64,000 bases of DNA. Origin: Microbotryum violaceum (taxonomy: Eukaryota). Below, piece after piece: positions 28,244 through 41,489 of the stretch. The stretch is taken from positions 2,805,591-2,869,590 of the forward strand of contig LN717261.1 of assembly GCA_001244265.2 (NCBI GenBank), in the 5' to 3' direction. Both the position numbers and the translations under genes were made by a program. The notes beneath the pieces are model-generated. The model saw only the letters and a program-made list of their open reading frames with translations. It had not been told where the DNA came from and ran no database searches. Position 1 is the first letter of the stretch; each line of letters starts with the position of its first letter.

Positions 28244-29183
28244 GTTGGAGTGGTGAAGATCGTTTAGGACTTGCAAGTGCATGGAAGGAAGGACAGAGAG
28301 AATTGGGTTGAACAGCCCTATTTATTCATGCGCGCGGGCAACGTCTACGAGCGCAAGCGCAGTAAACAACAAACATTGCGCTTGGACCGCGCGCTCGTTG
28401 GCCACGTGCTGTGGCGACGAACCCGACAGACGCGCCTCGAGACAGGAAGGCCGAAACGCGCGGCCGAATTAGGCGGCAGAAATCGGTCCAGAACTCGCGC
28501 GCGAGGACAATAAAAAGCTTCGGTGTGTGGATCCTACGCCGCCGTCAAGACTGACACTGGCGCACGGACCCTCGGCCTCCCTCAATAGGGACGCCCTTCC
28601 CCATATCTCTCTTTCTCTCTTTCCTCTCTCTTGTAGTTAGCTTCTAGCTGAAACCCAGTAAAGACGTTTAACAACTATCCTATCTCGGCCGTTACTACAT
28701 CGACTTCGATCTACAACCGTCCTCGCGACCTTCTGTAGGGCGAAACCCTTACAAGTGCCCTCTATAAAGTCACACTCACAACTATGGCCCAAGGATAGGC
28801 ACTACCTCCTACTTAGCCGCAAGCGAATAACCACCGCAAGACAAGGCTAGAGACTCTAACGACAAATTAAACCCACATTTCATTCGATTTTGACTGCATT
28901 TCATTTTAAATTTTCTTCTCTGTCTATCCTCATTCAGATATTTCTATTCTCGTTTCCTTGTCTAAACAAGGTCCAGGAACCCTTTCTTTCCTCACCATTC
29001 GCTCGAGACCAATCAAGCATGAGCCTTTCCGGTCATGCGGTAGGAGCCAGCCGCGCGTTCCGAGGAGACTTCATTCATGATCCTTGTCGGCGGCCTCTTT
29101 CGCCTGCGCGTGGACCGGATTCTTGATGTTGTCAGTGACTGTTGAACGCCAAGTAACCAAACACGTCAGCCGGTATAAAAGAA

Positions 29184-29922
29184 TTAGTGGGGAATTTCGG
29201 GTTTGAACTCATCCTCGTGACCATCGGTGCTCCACAAGTCAATATTCAGCTTGGCGTCCATTGCCGAACGCTTGACAGGGGAGGCGAAGACCCGCCTAGG
29301 ACTGCGGACTGTCGGCGGGGCGGGCATGGTCTGGCGTGTCATCTGCCGCACATCAGACAGGGAAGCTACACCAGGCCCAGGCAATATGCACAAAAGGTTT
29401 GCCGGAGGACCTGTCCCTCCAAGCACGACCCTTGACGGTGCAGACAACCGCACATAGATCACCTTCACCCAGGGTGCCCACTTCCCAGCGTGGGAAATCC
29501 TTGTGCAAGTCGCCTAGGGTGCTCATCGACAGTCACGGGGAGTTGTGTGGGATATCCTTTGGCGTACATGCGACCGGTAAAAAGCCCCTCCCGGACCTCC
29601 GCATAAAATCGACTGTAATCGGGCAGGTCGAGAATGTTCTCCGGGTCCAAATGGGAACAGGCGGAACCACGCCGGCCTCCAGCACCCCCTGTGACTCCAT
29701 CTTCCCAATGACTGCACACACCCGTGTCAGCCCAATCATCAGACGCTGGAGCACACAAATGCAAACATCTACATTACTACTTACATCATGGGTGTCATCA
29801 AAGTTGAACAACTGACTGTTCCGATGCAGAGCCAAACGTCAGAATTAATCATTAGACACATTAAGACATGGATACGCGAAGTACACACCTGATCCGATTT
29901 TAAAACTGAGGGCGACACGCAT
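29184..29922 (-). CDS. Putative spliced antisense gene in the L1 5' region, unknown product (103 aa as assembled, ~197 aa if one G is restored)
   Basis: Exons 29922-29889, 29815-29785 and 29711-29184. Two 73-nt introns (GTGTGT..TCTGAC..AACAG; GTAAGT..GCTGAC..TGCAG) join in frame: MRVALSFKIGSVSCSTLMTPMIHWEDG... Confidence 0.55.
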
Positions 29923-31339
29923 GAACAACCACAACAACAACGACACCAGCAATGCCACCCCCGGTGCTATAGCACCTAATCGCCCTCCCGACCCCACCGG
30001 CGTCACCGTCACCGCCCAAACCAAGTCGTACTCCGCGGCCGTCTCCGCCCGTTCCCATGCGAAGACCAACGCCACCCCCGCCACCGCCACGACTGTTGCC
30101 TCCCACCCGATGATTCACAACATCGCCAACTGTGTAATCATCAAAACCCCTCCCGCGACCACCTCCGAGAAAGTGCTCTCAGCACTCGATCACCACTACC
30201 CGGCCCTTGCAGGCGCCATGCCCTGCGTCATCAAGGGACAACACGGCATCCGATTCCCTAAGGACGCCGACATCGCCGACCTGGTCGCGAATGGTCTGAC
30301 CGTTGGAAAGACCTTGTGCCAAGTCGAGAAACTATTCTCAGCCACTACTGGTCTAATTCAATGCACCCTTTCTGGCTTCTTCTCCGATGTAGAGGGCCTC
30401 CGCCTCTTTGATGAGCAGATTGCCGAGTACGGCAAGGTCCTCCTTCGCCGCACTCATTACATTGGCAAGACTAGGCACATCTCTGGGTGTATGACTTTGT
30501 TCTTGCCCTCGGGGACCCAAACAAATTGCCTCCTGCATCCATCTCCATTGAACGCGACGGCGTGACCGAGCGTATCCCGCTCAGGATCACCGGTGGCATG
30601 CGCCACTGTGTTTTCTGCCGTTCCGCGGCCCATGTCCGTAAGGACTGCCCCGTCGCCCCGGCGTGCAAGTCGTGCGCAAGCACCTCGCACGCCAGCCAGC
30701 ATTGCCCGGGCCGCCGCTTCGCGTCGAGCCCCCAGGGCACTCCCGAGTCACGTGCCGCGCAAGCCTCCACCATGACCAAAGCCCCCCGGCCTCCAAGTCG
30801 ATCCCTGCGCCACCCGCGCCCGACCGCTCGTTGAAGACCAAAAAACGTCGAGTGAACCCAGATCAGGACCTGGCTGCCCAGCCCCAAGATCCATCTAACA
30901 GGGCTCAGCCTGAACCCCTGTCGGAGACTCCTCGCCCCGGTTTCTCCTTCAATTTCCCTCCCAACTCCGCCCCCTGCCCGCCTCCAACCAGTCAACTGCC
31001 CCTCCCCTCGTTGAAAAATCCTCCGAGTCCCCCAGCTCGGAGACGACCCCTTCGCCCCCAAGCCCTGCTCCGGCCACACCAACGCCAAAGACGATCATCA
31101 CTCGTTCCCAGTCAATTGCTGCCTTCTCCACACCAGCCACTCGTGAAGACCCGCCCACTCCGCCTGCCCCCGAAGCCTCCGAGCCGAACCCCCGGCCCTC
31201 CTCGCCGTTGCCCTCAGCGATCAAAGCCCGACCCGATGCCACCGACGCCGACGAAGATGCCGAAGAAGAAGGCAAAGACCAAGAAGCACCCCCCGAGGAC
31301 GTGGACGACGTTATGGAGCAAGACGATGAGCACAATTAA
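29921..31339 (+). pseudogene. L1 ORF1 (gag-like, two CCHC zinc knuckles), frameshifted as assembled
   Basis: CVFCRSAAHVRKDC and CKSCASTSHASQHC. The acidic C-terminus ends at TAA 31337-31339 and overlaps the ORF2 ATG. Confidence 0.85.
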
Positions 31340-34300
31340 GATCCCAAACGTGTCTTTTGTTGCTGCCAACGTGCAGTCAATCAATGAAGATCGTAAGCGT
31401 GCCTCTCTTTTCTCCAATCTCCGCTCCCATAACGCCGATGTCTTTCTCCTGAGCGAAACGGGCCGACCTTCCCCGGAAAGGGTTGCCCAGTGGACTCAGG
31501 AGTGCCAAGACTTAAAGCTCTCCGCTCTTTTCACTCCTCTCAACAACACCGCTATACTCTGGAAGAGCGACTCCGTGGTCATCACTATTGATCCCGAGTC
31601 ACCTCCCAACACTCTTCGTGCCTCTTTCGCTTTCCCCGACCGAGTCACCGACGCCACCTTTCGCGTGGGAGACTCAAAAATCCGGGTTGTATCAATATAC
31701 GCGCCTTCCTCCGACAAGCCAGACAAAAAGCGTTTCCTCTCACATCTCAGCACAGCCCTCCGACAAGTCGTGCGCGACGAGCCCTCGCCGCCTGCGCTCT
31801 TAGTCGGGGGGACTGGAATTGTGTTGAGTCCCAACCCCTCGATTCGGAGAACCAAAACGGGACGAATTATGGGGGCCAGGAGATGCGCGACCTTGCCACG
31901 GCCAACAACCTCTTTGATGTCTATCGGCTTCACCATCCCAAAGGACGAGCCACGACGAATCGCTCAGCGCCCGGCACGTGCCGTCGCCTTGACCGCATCT
32001 ATGTCTCGCCTGATTGGGTCGACCTCTTCCACGACCACAAAATCTGGGCTCCTGTCCTCAAATCGACGCACTCGATGGTGGCGGCGCGGTTCCAAGTGCC
32101 GGGCGCAATCGACATCGGTCCGGGTAAATTCAAGTTGGGTTTGCACGTGATCGAGGGCGACGCGACCTGCGAATACCTCACTTCCACTGTCCAGGCCCTC
32201 TACAATGAAGCCCTCCTCCAGACGCCCGACGACCCATCAGCAGCTTGGACGTCCACCAAACAACACTTGCTGCCCGAGCTTCAGGCTCTGGCTCGCACAC
32301 TTGCCCGCTTCCGACGTGGAGGATCGGAGGAGGCGAAGGCAGATCACTCGCGCTACGGCGCGGCGCTGCGGTCCCGCATTGATCCTTCCCTCGCGGGCCC
32401 ATCTTCCATCTTCATCCGCCTACGCAAAGTGCGCGCATCCGACCTCATCCCTTCCCTCTCGGTCGACAATGTCGTCCACTCCGACCCCGACTCGATGCTT
32501 GGAGCCGCTAGCAAGTACTTCGAAGGGGTCTACGAGGATCGCGCTATCGATGACGACGCCTTGGAGAAGATTATCGACGGTCTCGCCTCGACTCGCCTAT
32601 CCCCTGCCGATTCGGACAAGCTCGAAGGAGCGTACCCCCTAGAGGAGATAACAAAGGCACAAGAGGCGTGTAAGTCGAACTCCTCGCCTGGACCCGACGG
32701 TCTCCCGGTCGAGTTTTACCGCGCAACGTGGACAGCCACAGGCCCCATCCTCCGCGACGTCATCAACTCGATCCCCACCGACGACGCCAGTTCTCGAACG
32801 TCGGCCCGCCACACTGCCCACATCCACCTCATCCACAAGCGCGGCGAGAGGGATCGGCTGTGAACAAACGCCCCATATCACTCATCAACGCTGATGAACG
32901 CATCATCTCCCAAGCCCACAACCAGCGCCTTGCCCCTCTGCTCGAGACCCTGATCGGCTCGACCCAGCGCGGTTTCATTCCGAACCGCTGGATTGGCACG
33001 AACATCGCCGAGGTGCAGTGTCTCATGGATCCTGGGCTCCCGGGTTCAGAGCCGGTGTCCGGTCTGCTCGCAGTGATGGACTTCGAGAAGGCTTACGACC
33101 GTCTTTCCCACACCTACATCGATGCAGTCCTCAGCGCCGTTGGCCTTGGCCCGAAAGCCTGCCAATGGTACCGAGCGACCTATACAAACCAATCCGCCTC
33201 AATCTACCTCAACGGATGGCTCTCGGCCGCGTTCGATATCCTCTCGGGAGTTCGACAAGGCGACCCGCTGGCTCCGTCGCTCTTCGTTCTCGCAATTGAG
33301 GGCTTCGCCGTACAGTTGCGGTCACAAGTCAAGGGCATCGCGAGCCCGGGACTCCCAACCATACGAGAACTTCTCTTTGCCGACGATGCCTGCTGTGCTC
33401 TCCACGACACCTCGGACCTCGACCACCTCAATCGGGCGATCGAGCTGTACGAGCGGGCAAGTGCCAGCAAGCTCAGCAACGCCAAATCTTTCCTCTACCC
33501 CCTCGGGTCATTCAGGGACCGTCCGATCCCTTCACACCTCGGGTCCTGGCGTCTCAGCGACTCGCAGTTTCGTTACCTGGGAGTGCAGGTTGGGGTGGAC
33601 ATCGCCGAGGATGCGGGCTGGGAGGAGGTCAAGTCCGCGACCGTCGCCCGGATACGATCCATCCCAATGTACGACCTTCCGTACGCAGCGAAATGTTCGA
33701 TAATCAATATCTACTGCTACACGAAGATTCTCTACCATAATCGTTTCATCCCAGCTTCCAAGAGCGTCGTCAAGGAGATCGAGGACGCGGTCATGATCGC
33801 TATCCACGGTCGAGCCTCGGACGGATCTCAGAAACCCCGAAGGTCTCTCGGCTGCGCCTCTGCACCCCTCTCGACCACGGCGGCTTTGGCTTGATTGACT
33901 TACCTCGGCGCCTCGCGGTCGATCACGCCAAGTGGGTCTTTCATCTTCGGGACCCGGACGGCTGCTTCATTCGGCACCTCTTCGACATCCGCACTCGCCT
34001 TCAGGCGGCGAACGAACGCACCCCCTTTACCTTGCCCAAATCAGGCCCCAACCCACATCGTCGCTCGTGGGTCTGGATCTGGTGGGCCTACTTTTGCCAC
34101 CCTCCTCCACAGTGGGAACGCGCAGTGAGGAAGACGAAGGCCCTGCTCCCTCCACGATGGATCCGCTTTTTCGAAGCCTGGGATTTGGTGACAACGCTGA
34201 ACCCCCCCGAACTTTCCAAGAGCCCGAATCTGGAGCGGTGGGCAACACACGTCCTCTACTTCCCAGCAGGCCACGGAATCCGACTCTCGGTGAACCCGAC

Positions 34301-34894
34301 GCTTTTCGAGGACCCGATGGCGAGGTGATGACTCCGTCTTCGTTTGTGAACGCGTCCAAACGCCACCAAGCCTTCCTCTACCCTCCTATCCTCCCTCTCG
34401 GTCATCAGAGGGTTTTCTGTCTCCCCGAGCAACGCTGGAATGCCTGGTGGAAGGCGCTACGCAAGATTCGCAGGGTTCATTCGGACGCCGAAGACACGGC
34501 CCACCTCCTCTCCCTAGGTTCACTTCATCCAGGTAGCCAAATCGCTTCTCCAAATAGCCGTTCTCTCCACAATCGATCTACCGCATGTGTCATGTGCCTG
34601 TCGGAGGCTCCGGAGACCCTGGCACACCTTGCGGTCGGTTGCCCGTTTGCCCGCCGCCTCTGGTCTGCGCTCACTCCTATCCCACACCCCGACTTTGTTC
34701 AGTTCGTGTGCCCGGTCGTTTCTCGCTCGGAACGCCGACCCGTCGAGCTGCGTCTACTCTTCTTCCACGCGATCTGGAAGCTCTCTCGTCGCCGTCGATT
34801 TTCGTCGGATCCTCTGGAGCCGATCGCCGAAACGGCATTTGAGGAGCTCCGCGCGTCCATCCAGGAGTCCAAGGGACGACTGGTTTCGCTGTAA
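31326..34894 (+). pseudogene. L1 ORF2 (AP endonuclease, reverse transcriptase, C-terminal CCHC), frameshifted as assembled
   Basis: AANVQSI, LLSET, SIYAP, GGDWN, RRLDRIY, SPGPDGLPVEFY, DFEKAYD, QGDPLAPSLF, LFADD, CVMC..ETLAHLAVGC. Confidence 0.93.
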
Positions 34895-36124
34895 CCGCCT
34901 AAGGGGGTTTTAGTGGGTATGGTTGATTTTGTTCCAAGGTCAACGAGTCCCACACTACTGGCCTCGCCAGTGTGCTTAACTGCATTCCCTCCGTCTTTTC
35001 CGAGGATTTTTAGGCATTAATATAGATATGCTGTTAATGAAATCTATTAGATAAAAAAACAGAGCCAAACGTGAGGAAAAGACCCAGTTTGCCACGCGCG
35101 GGATCAGGCTTATCAAATTCTATTCAGGCACTCTTGTACTCGCGCGTACGCCGCACAGACCTCCTCGACTGCTCGCCGCTCCTTCCAACTATCAACTGGT
35201 GTTGGATGGAGACCACCTGCGGCTTGGCCGTTAGTAGGTTTGGCGTGTTGGATGTGATCGCTGGCCGGGCCGGTGAGGGTGAGAAAGGGGGACGAGTCAG
35301 GTCTCTGTCTTTTTTTGCAACGGATTCAACTTACATTAACTGTGCCCCGATTTCCATGCCGTTGCCCCATGTTCAGAAAAAGAAGGATCGCAACTTGGAC
35401 ATGCCCTGAGTCGCAACTTAATATGGAAATTCAGTCAGGCTCGTCACAAAAAAAAATCAGGACTCTCTGTCTTCTCCTCTCTCTTCTTGGTTGTGCTTAT
35501 TCTTCAAGACTATATAGGATTGGTGGTTGGGGCTCACACTTTTAGGGTCTCATTTTTGTGGTTCTGTGTAGGGCTGCATAGATCCAGTGGCTCCGACTTT
35601 GCACAAGTCTAAACCCCTGTTCAAGAAGAATCAAAAGCCGGAGCCATACCACCAGCTCTCGAAAATCGTGACTTTTGTTGAATAATGCGGGATCTCGAAC
35701 ACGTCGTCTAGGGACAGGTGAATTCGTGACTCTGGAGGACTTATAGATGTCATGTTGTTCGTTTGTCCCTCAACAAGCGCACACACGGAAGTGCGCATAA
35801 CGTAGGATGATCGCGACGTGGCACAAGGTGAGGGTGGTCAGAGGCTGCCGGCTGTCAGGGGCGTCTATTGGCATTTGTTTCACTTCCAGCGCCCTTGATT
35901 TGGTGAGCGTCTGTACGTCTGTGAGCTCTGGGAGCGTGAAGCGCATTTTTTTGCATTATTACAATCGGCTCGCGCGTCCAATTTCGTTCAGAAACTCATT
36001 CAAACTAATGGACCGCCAGTTGCACCTCTGGCTATACCAGTGGGAACCCGTTAAATTAACGGGAGGATCAAATTCAAAAGAAAAGCAGGATAATCGAACA
36101 GTCTACATGATCTCAGCGCAGAGG

Positions 36125-37778
36125 TTAAGAAAACACCCTACGAAGTACAGCAAAGAAACAAAATCCATTCATCCTACATTCATCGCCGAAACAGCCTGCA
36201 TGTCGCTTGTTGCCGGATTTGGCTTCAAACACTTGCGCAATGAGATCCGGACGGGTGCATGCTTTGTCATTCAGCCCCAGTGCAGCCTTGAATTCCGGTG
36301 CTTCGGGGTCGTACGTCATCGTGATGAGCAGCGGAGGCTTTCCATGTTTGACAACGCACGCCATCGCATCCTGGTATCGCTGCGTGATGTCGCAATTTGG
36401 TTCGGGGTCAAGCCTGATTCAGTCGGTCTTGACTTGGGAGTACATCCGTAAATCACAAACTCCAGGAAAGGACGTTGGTTGCAATGCGGGATTGAGCAGT
36501 ACTCGTCGCGTTCGGCAAGTAGTGCGCAAAGAATTGTGAACGCGAGACTCGCCACCTCGACCCCTTTACTTGACCTTCGTCCTAGGTGTTCAAAAGTTCA
36601 ATGTCAGTCTGTGCTTGCGCCTTAGACAGAATGGAGCCTCAGAGAAAGAGCCGAAGACGCGTACGTTCGCCATCACCATCCTCTTCGTCCCCTTCCTCGC
36701 CGTCTTCATCCTCATTGTCGCTGTCTTCGTCCTCCTGTTCGTCTTCGTCATCCAGACCAAGACCGGCAAGTACCTCGCGCAATTGGACACCATTGTCGAT
36801 CTGCTCTCGGTTTCTGGCGACTGGCGGCCCGGCTTGGTGGAACCCGCAAAGAGGAGTGTTGAGGTGGGAGCTATTTTCCTCTGCGGCGAAGAGTGTTGGG
36901 TACCGGAGAGGCATCGCAGACGGATGGAACGAGCTGACGACTTGGTACTTGGGTCGACCATCGGGACATCGATGACTGCGCACCTGGACAATAAGTTCTT
37001 GCGGTCCACGATCTCCCGTGTTGGTGTCGGAATCGCAGATAAGCATCGTCATTTCCGTGCTCGGCGGAGGAAGGTTGTGGGTGCGTCGGTCTCGGCCTGG
37101 TGGTAGACAGAGGCGCAGGACCCACTCTTTGGCCGTATCCCCAACCTGCGCAAGCTTTGGCCGATGCAAACTCCTTCACAAAGCGGTTTCCGGTACGCGG
37201 ACTCGAGCTTGGTCAAAGTAGGCCTTTGTATGCGACTGCCTGCGCCGTTGAGTCCAAGTCGAGTGTCGGTGGCGGCTGGGTCGATCAGCTACGTTTGAGC
37301 AAAGGGTGGAGCGTTGATTGACGACAGGGATCTGGACGCCGAGTCGAGGAGTAAAGCCGATCAAGCACGCGAAACACGCGGAGTCCTAGAATGCCCAGTC
37401 GAGTCTGGTCAAAGTGAGCAGCGAGCAGAGTCAACGACAACGCGTTGTTGTACGACCGGGCGTTCTCGCGCAATGCTATAGCTTCTGTGTGCGTGGGAAG
37501 ATTCTTGCACAGTTCAGCATGTGGGTCTACTGCAGACGACGGTTGTTGGACGGAGCAACTGACCGCTATCCGAGCCTTCACGTAGCTGTCGACACTCGGG
37601 ATTGTGCCGGAGAGGGGGAGGTAGCTGCACCTTGCCCTGCGAAAACGTGGGGCTTGAGGGGTTCGAGCACCTCTGGCTATATACATAAGCACGCTAAAAA
37701 GTGGCGCGCGCGGCGTAGCCATACATGTTGCCCGCCTGCAACCCGGGTTGCTGGATGGCCCCAGGACTAGGGCAACTT
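36125..37778 (-). mobile_element. Helitron remnant: 5' end plus degenerate N-terminal/Rep region of RepHel
   Basis: ENARSYNNALS..VFRV, DRRTHNLP..EM, PLRYPTLF and GKPPLLITMTYDP..RPDLIAQVFEAK (Rep motif 1 region). No helicase part. The 5' end is shared with 41925-42065. Confidence 0.85.
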
Positions 37779-38085
37779 GCTAATGAGATTGACCTATTAT
37801 TAGGGAGTACTTGTGCAATCGCCCACAGAGCTGTCTCTTCTAGCCTCCCCCCGCTCAGCGCAAAATCAGACCCGCCTCAGTTCTAACACGAGCACCAACT
37901 ATTGTAACACACAGTAACACATTCTCGAATCAATCTACGACATTTGTATCAGACAATGGGCAGGCATATATGGAATCGCTTCAAGTTCTGACCTGACAGG
38001 CTACTTCGAGGGACATCCTGACTATAAGCCCCGAGGCCTTCGTTCGGACGCTCGAATCCGCACCAACATCCCCGGAACCCGGCAC

Positions 38086-39386
38086 ATGGTTACGTACACT
38101 GCGCGCCAAATTCAGCAAAGAACCTTCGATGAACATGCTCGTGGCGAAGCTAGCTCGCCGTCTCCTCGGCCTCCAATGGCCCCTCCGATACAGGCCGATT
38201 TCGACGAAGCCGCCAACCCGAGTGGGATGGATTGGGATGATGAACGTCACAGCGAGTACGGTGGTGGCCATGAACGCGACTTTAGTCCGGCCCCATATTT
38301 TTCGGATCGAACATCCCGTATGCCAATCGCGCCTGACTATATTGCAACCGCCGAGCGATTATCATTGGCTGATCTGCGCCAAGTCGAAAGTTTCGAACCA
38401 GCCACACGTGGTCAGTCGAAGAAAGAAACGTACAAGCAGTTTGTGTTCAACGACGCTCGTCTAAGGAGCTTGGAACGGCCAGCGCTTCTGCGCCAGTATA
38501 TTGCGTTTTGCGCTGGGGCAGAAGCCAAAAAGAGGTGGAGGGAGCGCAACAGTTTTGAAGGAGTATAGGACCCGCATCCAAGACTTTGACGACATCCTCG
38601 CGCGCATCTTCACCGTCCCCGTTGACATTGCCGCCGAATATGAGGAATCGCGCCTATTCCGTGAAATCCTTTCACCCCTGTACCAAGAGCGCCAACGCCC
38701 CCTCTCTGAGGACGAAATAAGGACCGACGAGGACCAGGAGGGGAGTGACCGCCTTTTTAAGATGGATCCAAAAGGTGTACCGCCCTTTTCTCGGGAAACG
38801 TGCCCCGGACGAGTACTGGGATCAGTTAGAAAGCGAACATCGCACCTGGCAAGCAGCGCTCAGACCATTCGCAACGACGGTGCTTGTCAGGAGTAGGTCC
38901 AAGCTTTACCACTAGCCTACGCTGACCTCAAAAAGGTACAATATCCACTCTGAAAAGAGTGGACAGCTTGGTACTATGTATGGCCAACCCCAGTGAAACG
39001 AGCTAGGAATTGCAGGATTACTGGTTCATGACAGTGCTTGTCCACGTTCCCGAACCTCCCAAGCCGCCCACCGATGAGGACCGAGAGCCCGAAAGGAAGA
39101 AGATCTGGGACTCCTGGATTGCTGCGTGTGCCCACAGGTGGTTGGTGCTGTTGAGCAAACGGAGGGAGACGTATCGTTGGATGCGCAAGAGGGGTCCAGC
39201 GGAGAGGGTGCCGCGTTGACCTCAGGGGCACGAGAGGAGGACGCGATATCGGAACACAGTTCGGCGACAGGCCAACATTCCGACCACGGATCAGCAGCCG
39301 GCTCGGAGACCAAAAGCACCCTCTCCGCCCTCTCCGAGCTGACCAGCCTGAGCAAGCTGGAGCGCGGCCTGGATACTGGGACATGA
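38086..39386 (+). pseudogene. Uncharacterised multi-exon or frameshifted protein-coding remnant
   Basis: Consecutive protein-like ORFs 38086..38568, 38501..38896 and 39010..39386. No family recognised. Confidence 0.45.
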
Positions 39387-39574
39387 GGCACCATGAGTGC
39401 CAATTCACCAGTTAGGCAATGACCGTCTCGAGTTTTCCGTGAGCGTGTGTAGCCATCTAGCTTGTATGTTATGTCAACGGAGATCCTGCATTGCAACCAT
39501 GATTCACCCCGAGGGTACAACGCACTCCGAAGGCGGAAATTCTTGTTCAATTTTTAACCTTAGGGCAGGGCGTA

Positions 39575-40368
39575 GATACACTACAACAGAGTCCCGCGCC
39601 TCCGGAAATGAGGAAGCGGTATGCGACGACATGCTTCATCAATTCTAGGACACTCTTAGCAAGCACTGTACAACCGGCGTGGCGATGTGTACCCGCCGGA
39701 GGTACACACGACCGGTGCCCTCTCCAGCTGTGTACCCCTGGGGTTCCACGGCTCAGGCGCGGTCCGTCGCCGCCGACGGCCTTGCTGACTGCACTACAAC
39801 AAACTTCCACGCCCCCGTTCAAAGCTCAGGATGTGTCTGGGGTTACGGAATGAAATAACCTCTTGCGACGGGACCGACGAAAAATTTGTTTGCTACATCC
39901 GACTTGCACTCTGAAAAACCCGCAAGGCCAACGCACTTCCCTAGCTGAATTCTTCGTTCGAATCAGCTTCCGAGCAGAGCAGAGCGAAACTGCACTACAA
40001 CGAACTTCCACGAACCCGCTCAAAGCCCAGGATGTGTCTGAAATTACCGAAAGGATTCACCTCCCGCCGTTGGAGACTCGTATATGTTATTATACAGTGA
40101 TCTGCCACCGGTGACCGACTTTGCACCCCGGGGGTACACAAGGCGCAAGCGGGAAAGCGCCTGTGTACTCCCGGGGGCACGCAGGACTGGTCCACCCTTC
40201 CGCTGTGTACTCCCGGTAATGATCACACCCCGCGCGCCGAATGACTGTGTACCCCCGGGAGTACACAGCTTTGTCGGCGGCACAGGCCGGGTCCCTCGGG
40301 TTACACTCTTGTACTCTTGTCGCGCGCCGACTCTGTGTATGTGTACCCCCGGGAGTACACAGCCCCTA
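39575..40368. repeat. Cluster of palindromic TGTGTAC-CCC(C)GGG-(A)GTACACA motifs and a ~60-bp duplicated unit; probable DNA-transposon subterminal region
   Basis: Motif copies at ~39686, 39730, 40122, 40162, 40204, 40246 and 40340. actgcactacaac..ctcaaagc.caggatgtgtctg occurs at ~39788 and ~39989. Confidence 0.7.
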
Positions 40369-40899
40369 CAAGGTCCTTGGCCGATGGACCGATATCCCTG
40401 CTCACTCGACTACATAAACTATCACGTCAACGGAGTAGGTATGCGGTGACGTATTTCATTGATTTTTGCTGACATGTTATCGCAAACACTGTACAACGGA
40501 GCGCCGTTGGACGCGTCTGGACCCATGCTTTGGGGTGCTGTTGGAACAGAACAACTACAGCAACACCAATTCTCACCGCCCCCCGCCCCCTCTGGCAACG
40601 TTCCCAAACCTGAACCTGCAGATGTCAGCACCGATGCGCACCAAATTTTAGTCTTTAACTTAGCAGAACCTTCAAGCTTGTCACGTACTGCAGTTCGGTG
40701 AGTGTGGCGGTGGCGACCGGCTCGTGGGATCGTGGTCGTCAACGCGTCAACGCCTGATTAAGGCTGACATTCATTTTACTTTTGTGCACTGGCGTACATT
40801 TCCATCATGTGCAATATGGGCCGCATACAAAAAGCAAAGTCCTTCAATAACAAATAATCTACAGTCAACAAATGCGCCAAACCATCCCTAGCTAGCCTA

Positions 40900-41489
40900 T
40901 GGGCTCGTCGAGAATCTCGAGGTCGTCCGAGTCTTCAACGCTTGTCAGCCCGACTCTCCGTCGCCCTCCCCGAGCTCAGCATCATCTTCTTCCTCGAACT
41001 CGTGCTCCGATCGTGAACCCAAAACTTCTTCCACTCGTCTTTCATACACATCATCGCGGTCTCGCTCGGCATGCTCCGCGGCTGGATCGGGGGTCAGGCC
41101 AAGTTCCCTTCGGAATGCGTCGAGGTCGATGACTGTGTGGCGCACGTCCACGGCAGAAGGACCTGATGAGCGGCGGCTGGACTCAGTGACGAGGCTCTGT
41201 ATTTGAGTATCATTCAGCGTCGAAAGGCGGCGACCAAAATGACGTGGACTACCGCGCGACTGGCGCAACACCTGTTTCGCCCGTCCGGCGAAAACTCCTC
41301 CGATCAAACGGAATGCCGTGGGCCGCGATTCATGAACTGCGGGTAAACGGGTAAACGCATTCTGAACCAGACAACCGAGAGATCATCGCATTCGGCGAGC
41401 CGATCCAGACGCTCTTTGACCAAAATCTGCCGGCGTTGAAGCACATACCACATCGCAGTGCCAACCTCGCCAGCGGGTGGAAGCGGCAA
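40900..41489 (-). pseudogene. Uncharacterised coding fragment with acidic C-terminus
   Basis: ORFs 41304..41489 and 40945..41307 abut across a frameshift. No family recognised. Confidence 0.35.

Larger units (their letters stand above)
28517..35057 (+). mobile_element. L1-clade non-LTR retrotransposon, apparently full length
   Basis: ORF1 has CCHC knuckles and ORF2 is APE-RT-CCHC. A-rich 3' end. A putative TSD ATAAAAA (28510-28516, 35051-35057) gives a ~1.4 kb 5' region; the 5' boundary is less certain. Confidence 0.9.

Noticed and set aside
35569-40368. TAGGGCTG / CAGCCCCTA as hAT-type termini
   Set aside because: The match does not extend, the 8-bp flanks differ (GTTCTGTG vs CAAGGTCC), and no hAT transposase motifs were seen.
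39575-40368. CRISPR-like array or CACTA termini (CACTACAAC x3)
   Set aside because: Eukaryotic context, irregular spacing and no cas genes. The CACTACAAC copies are internal and same-strand, with no inverted partner.
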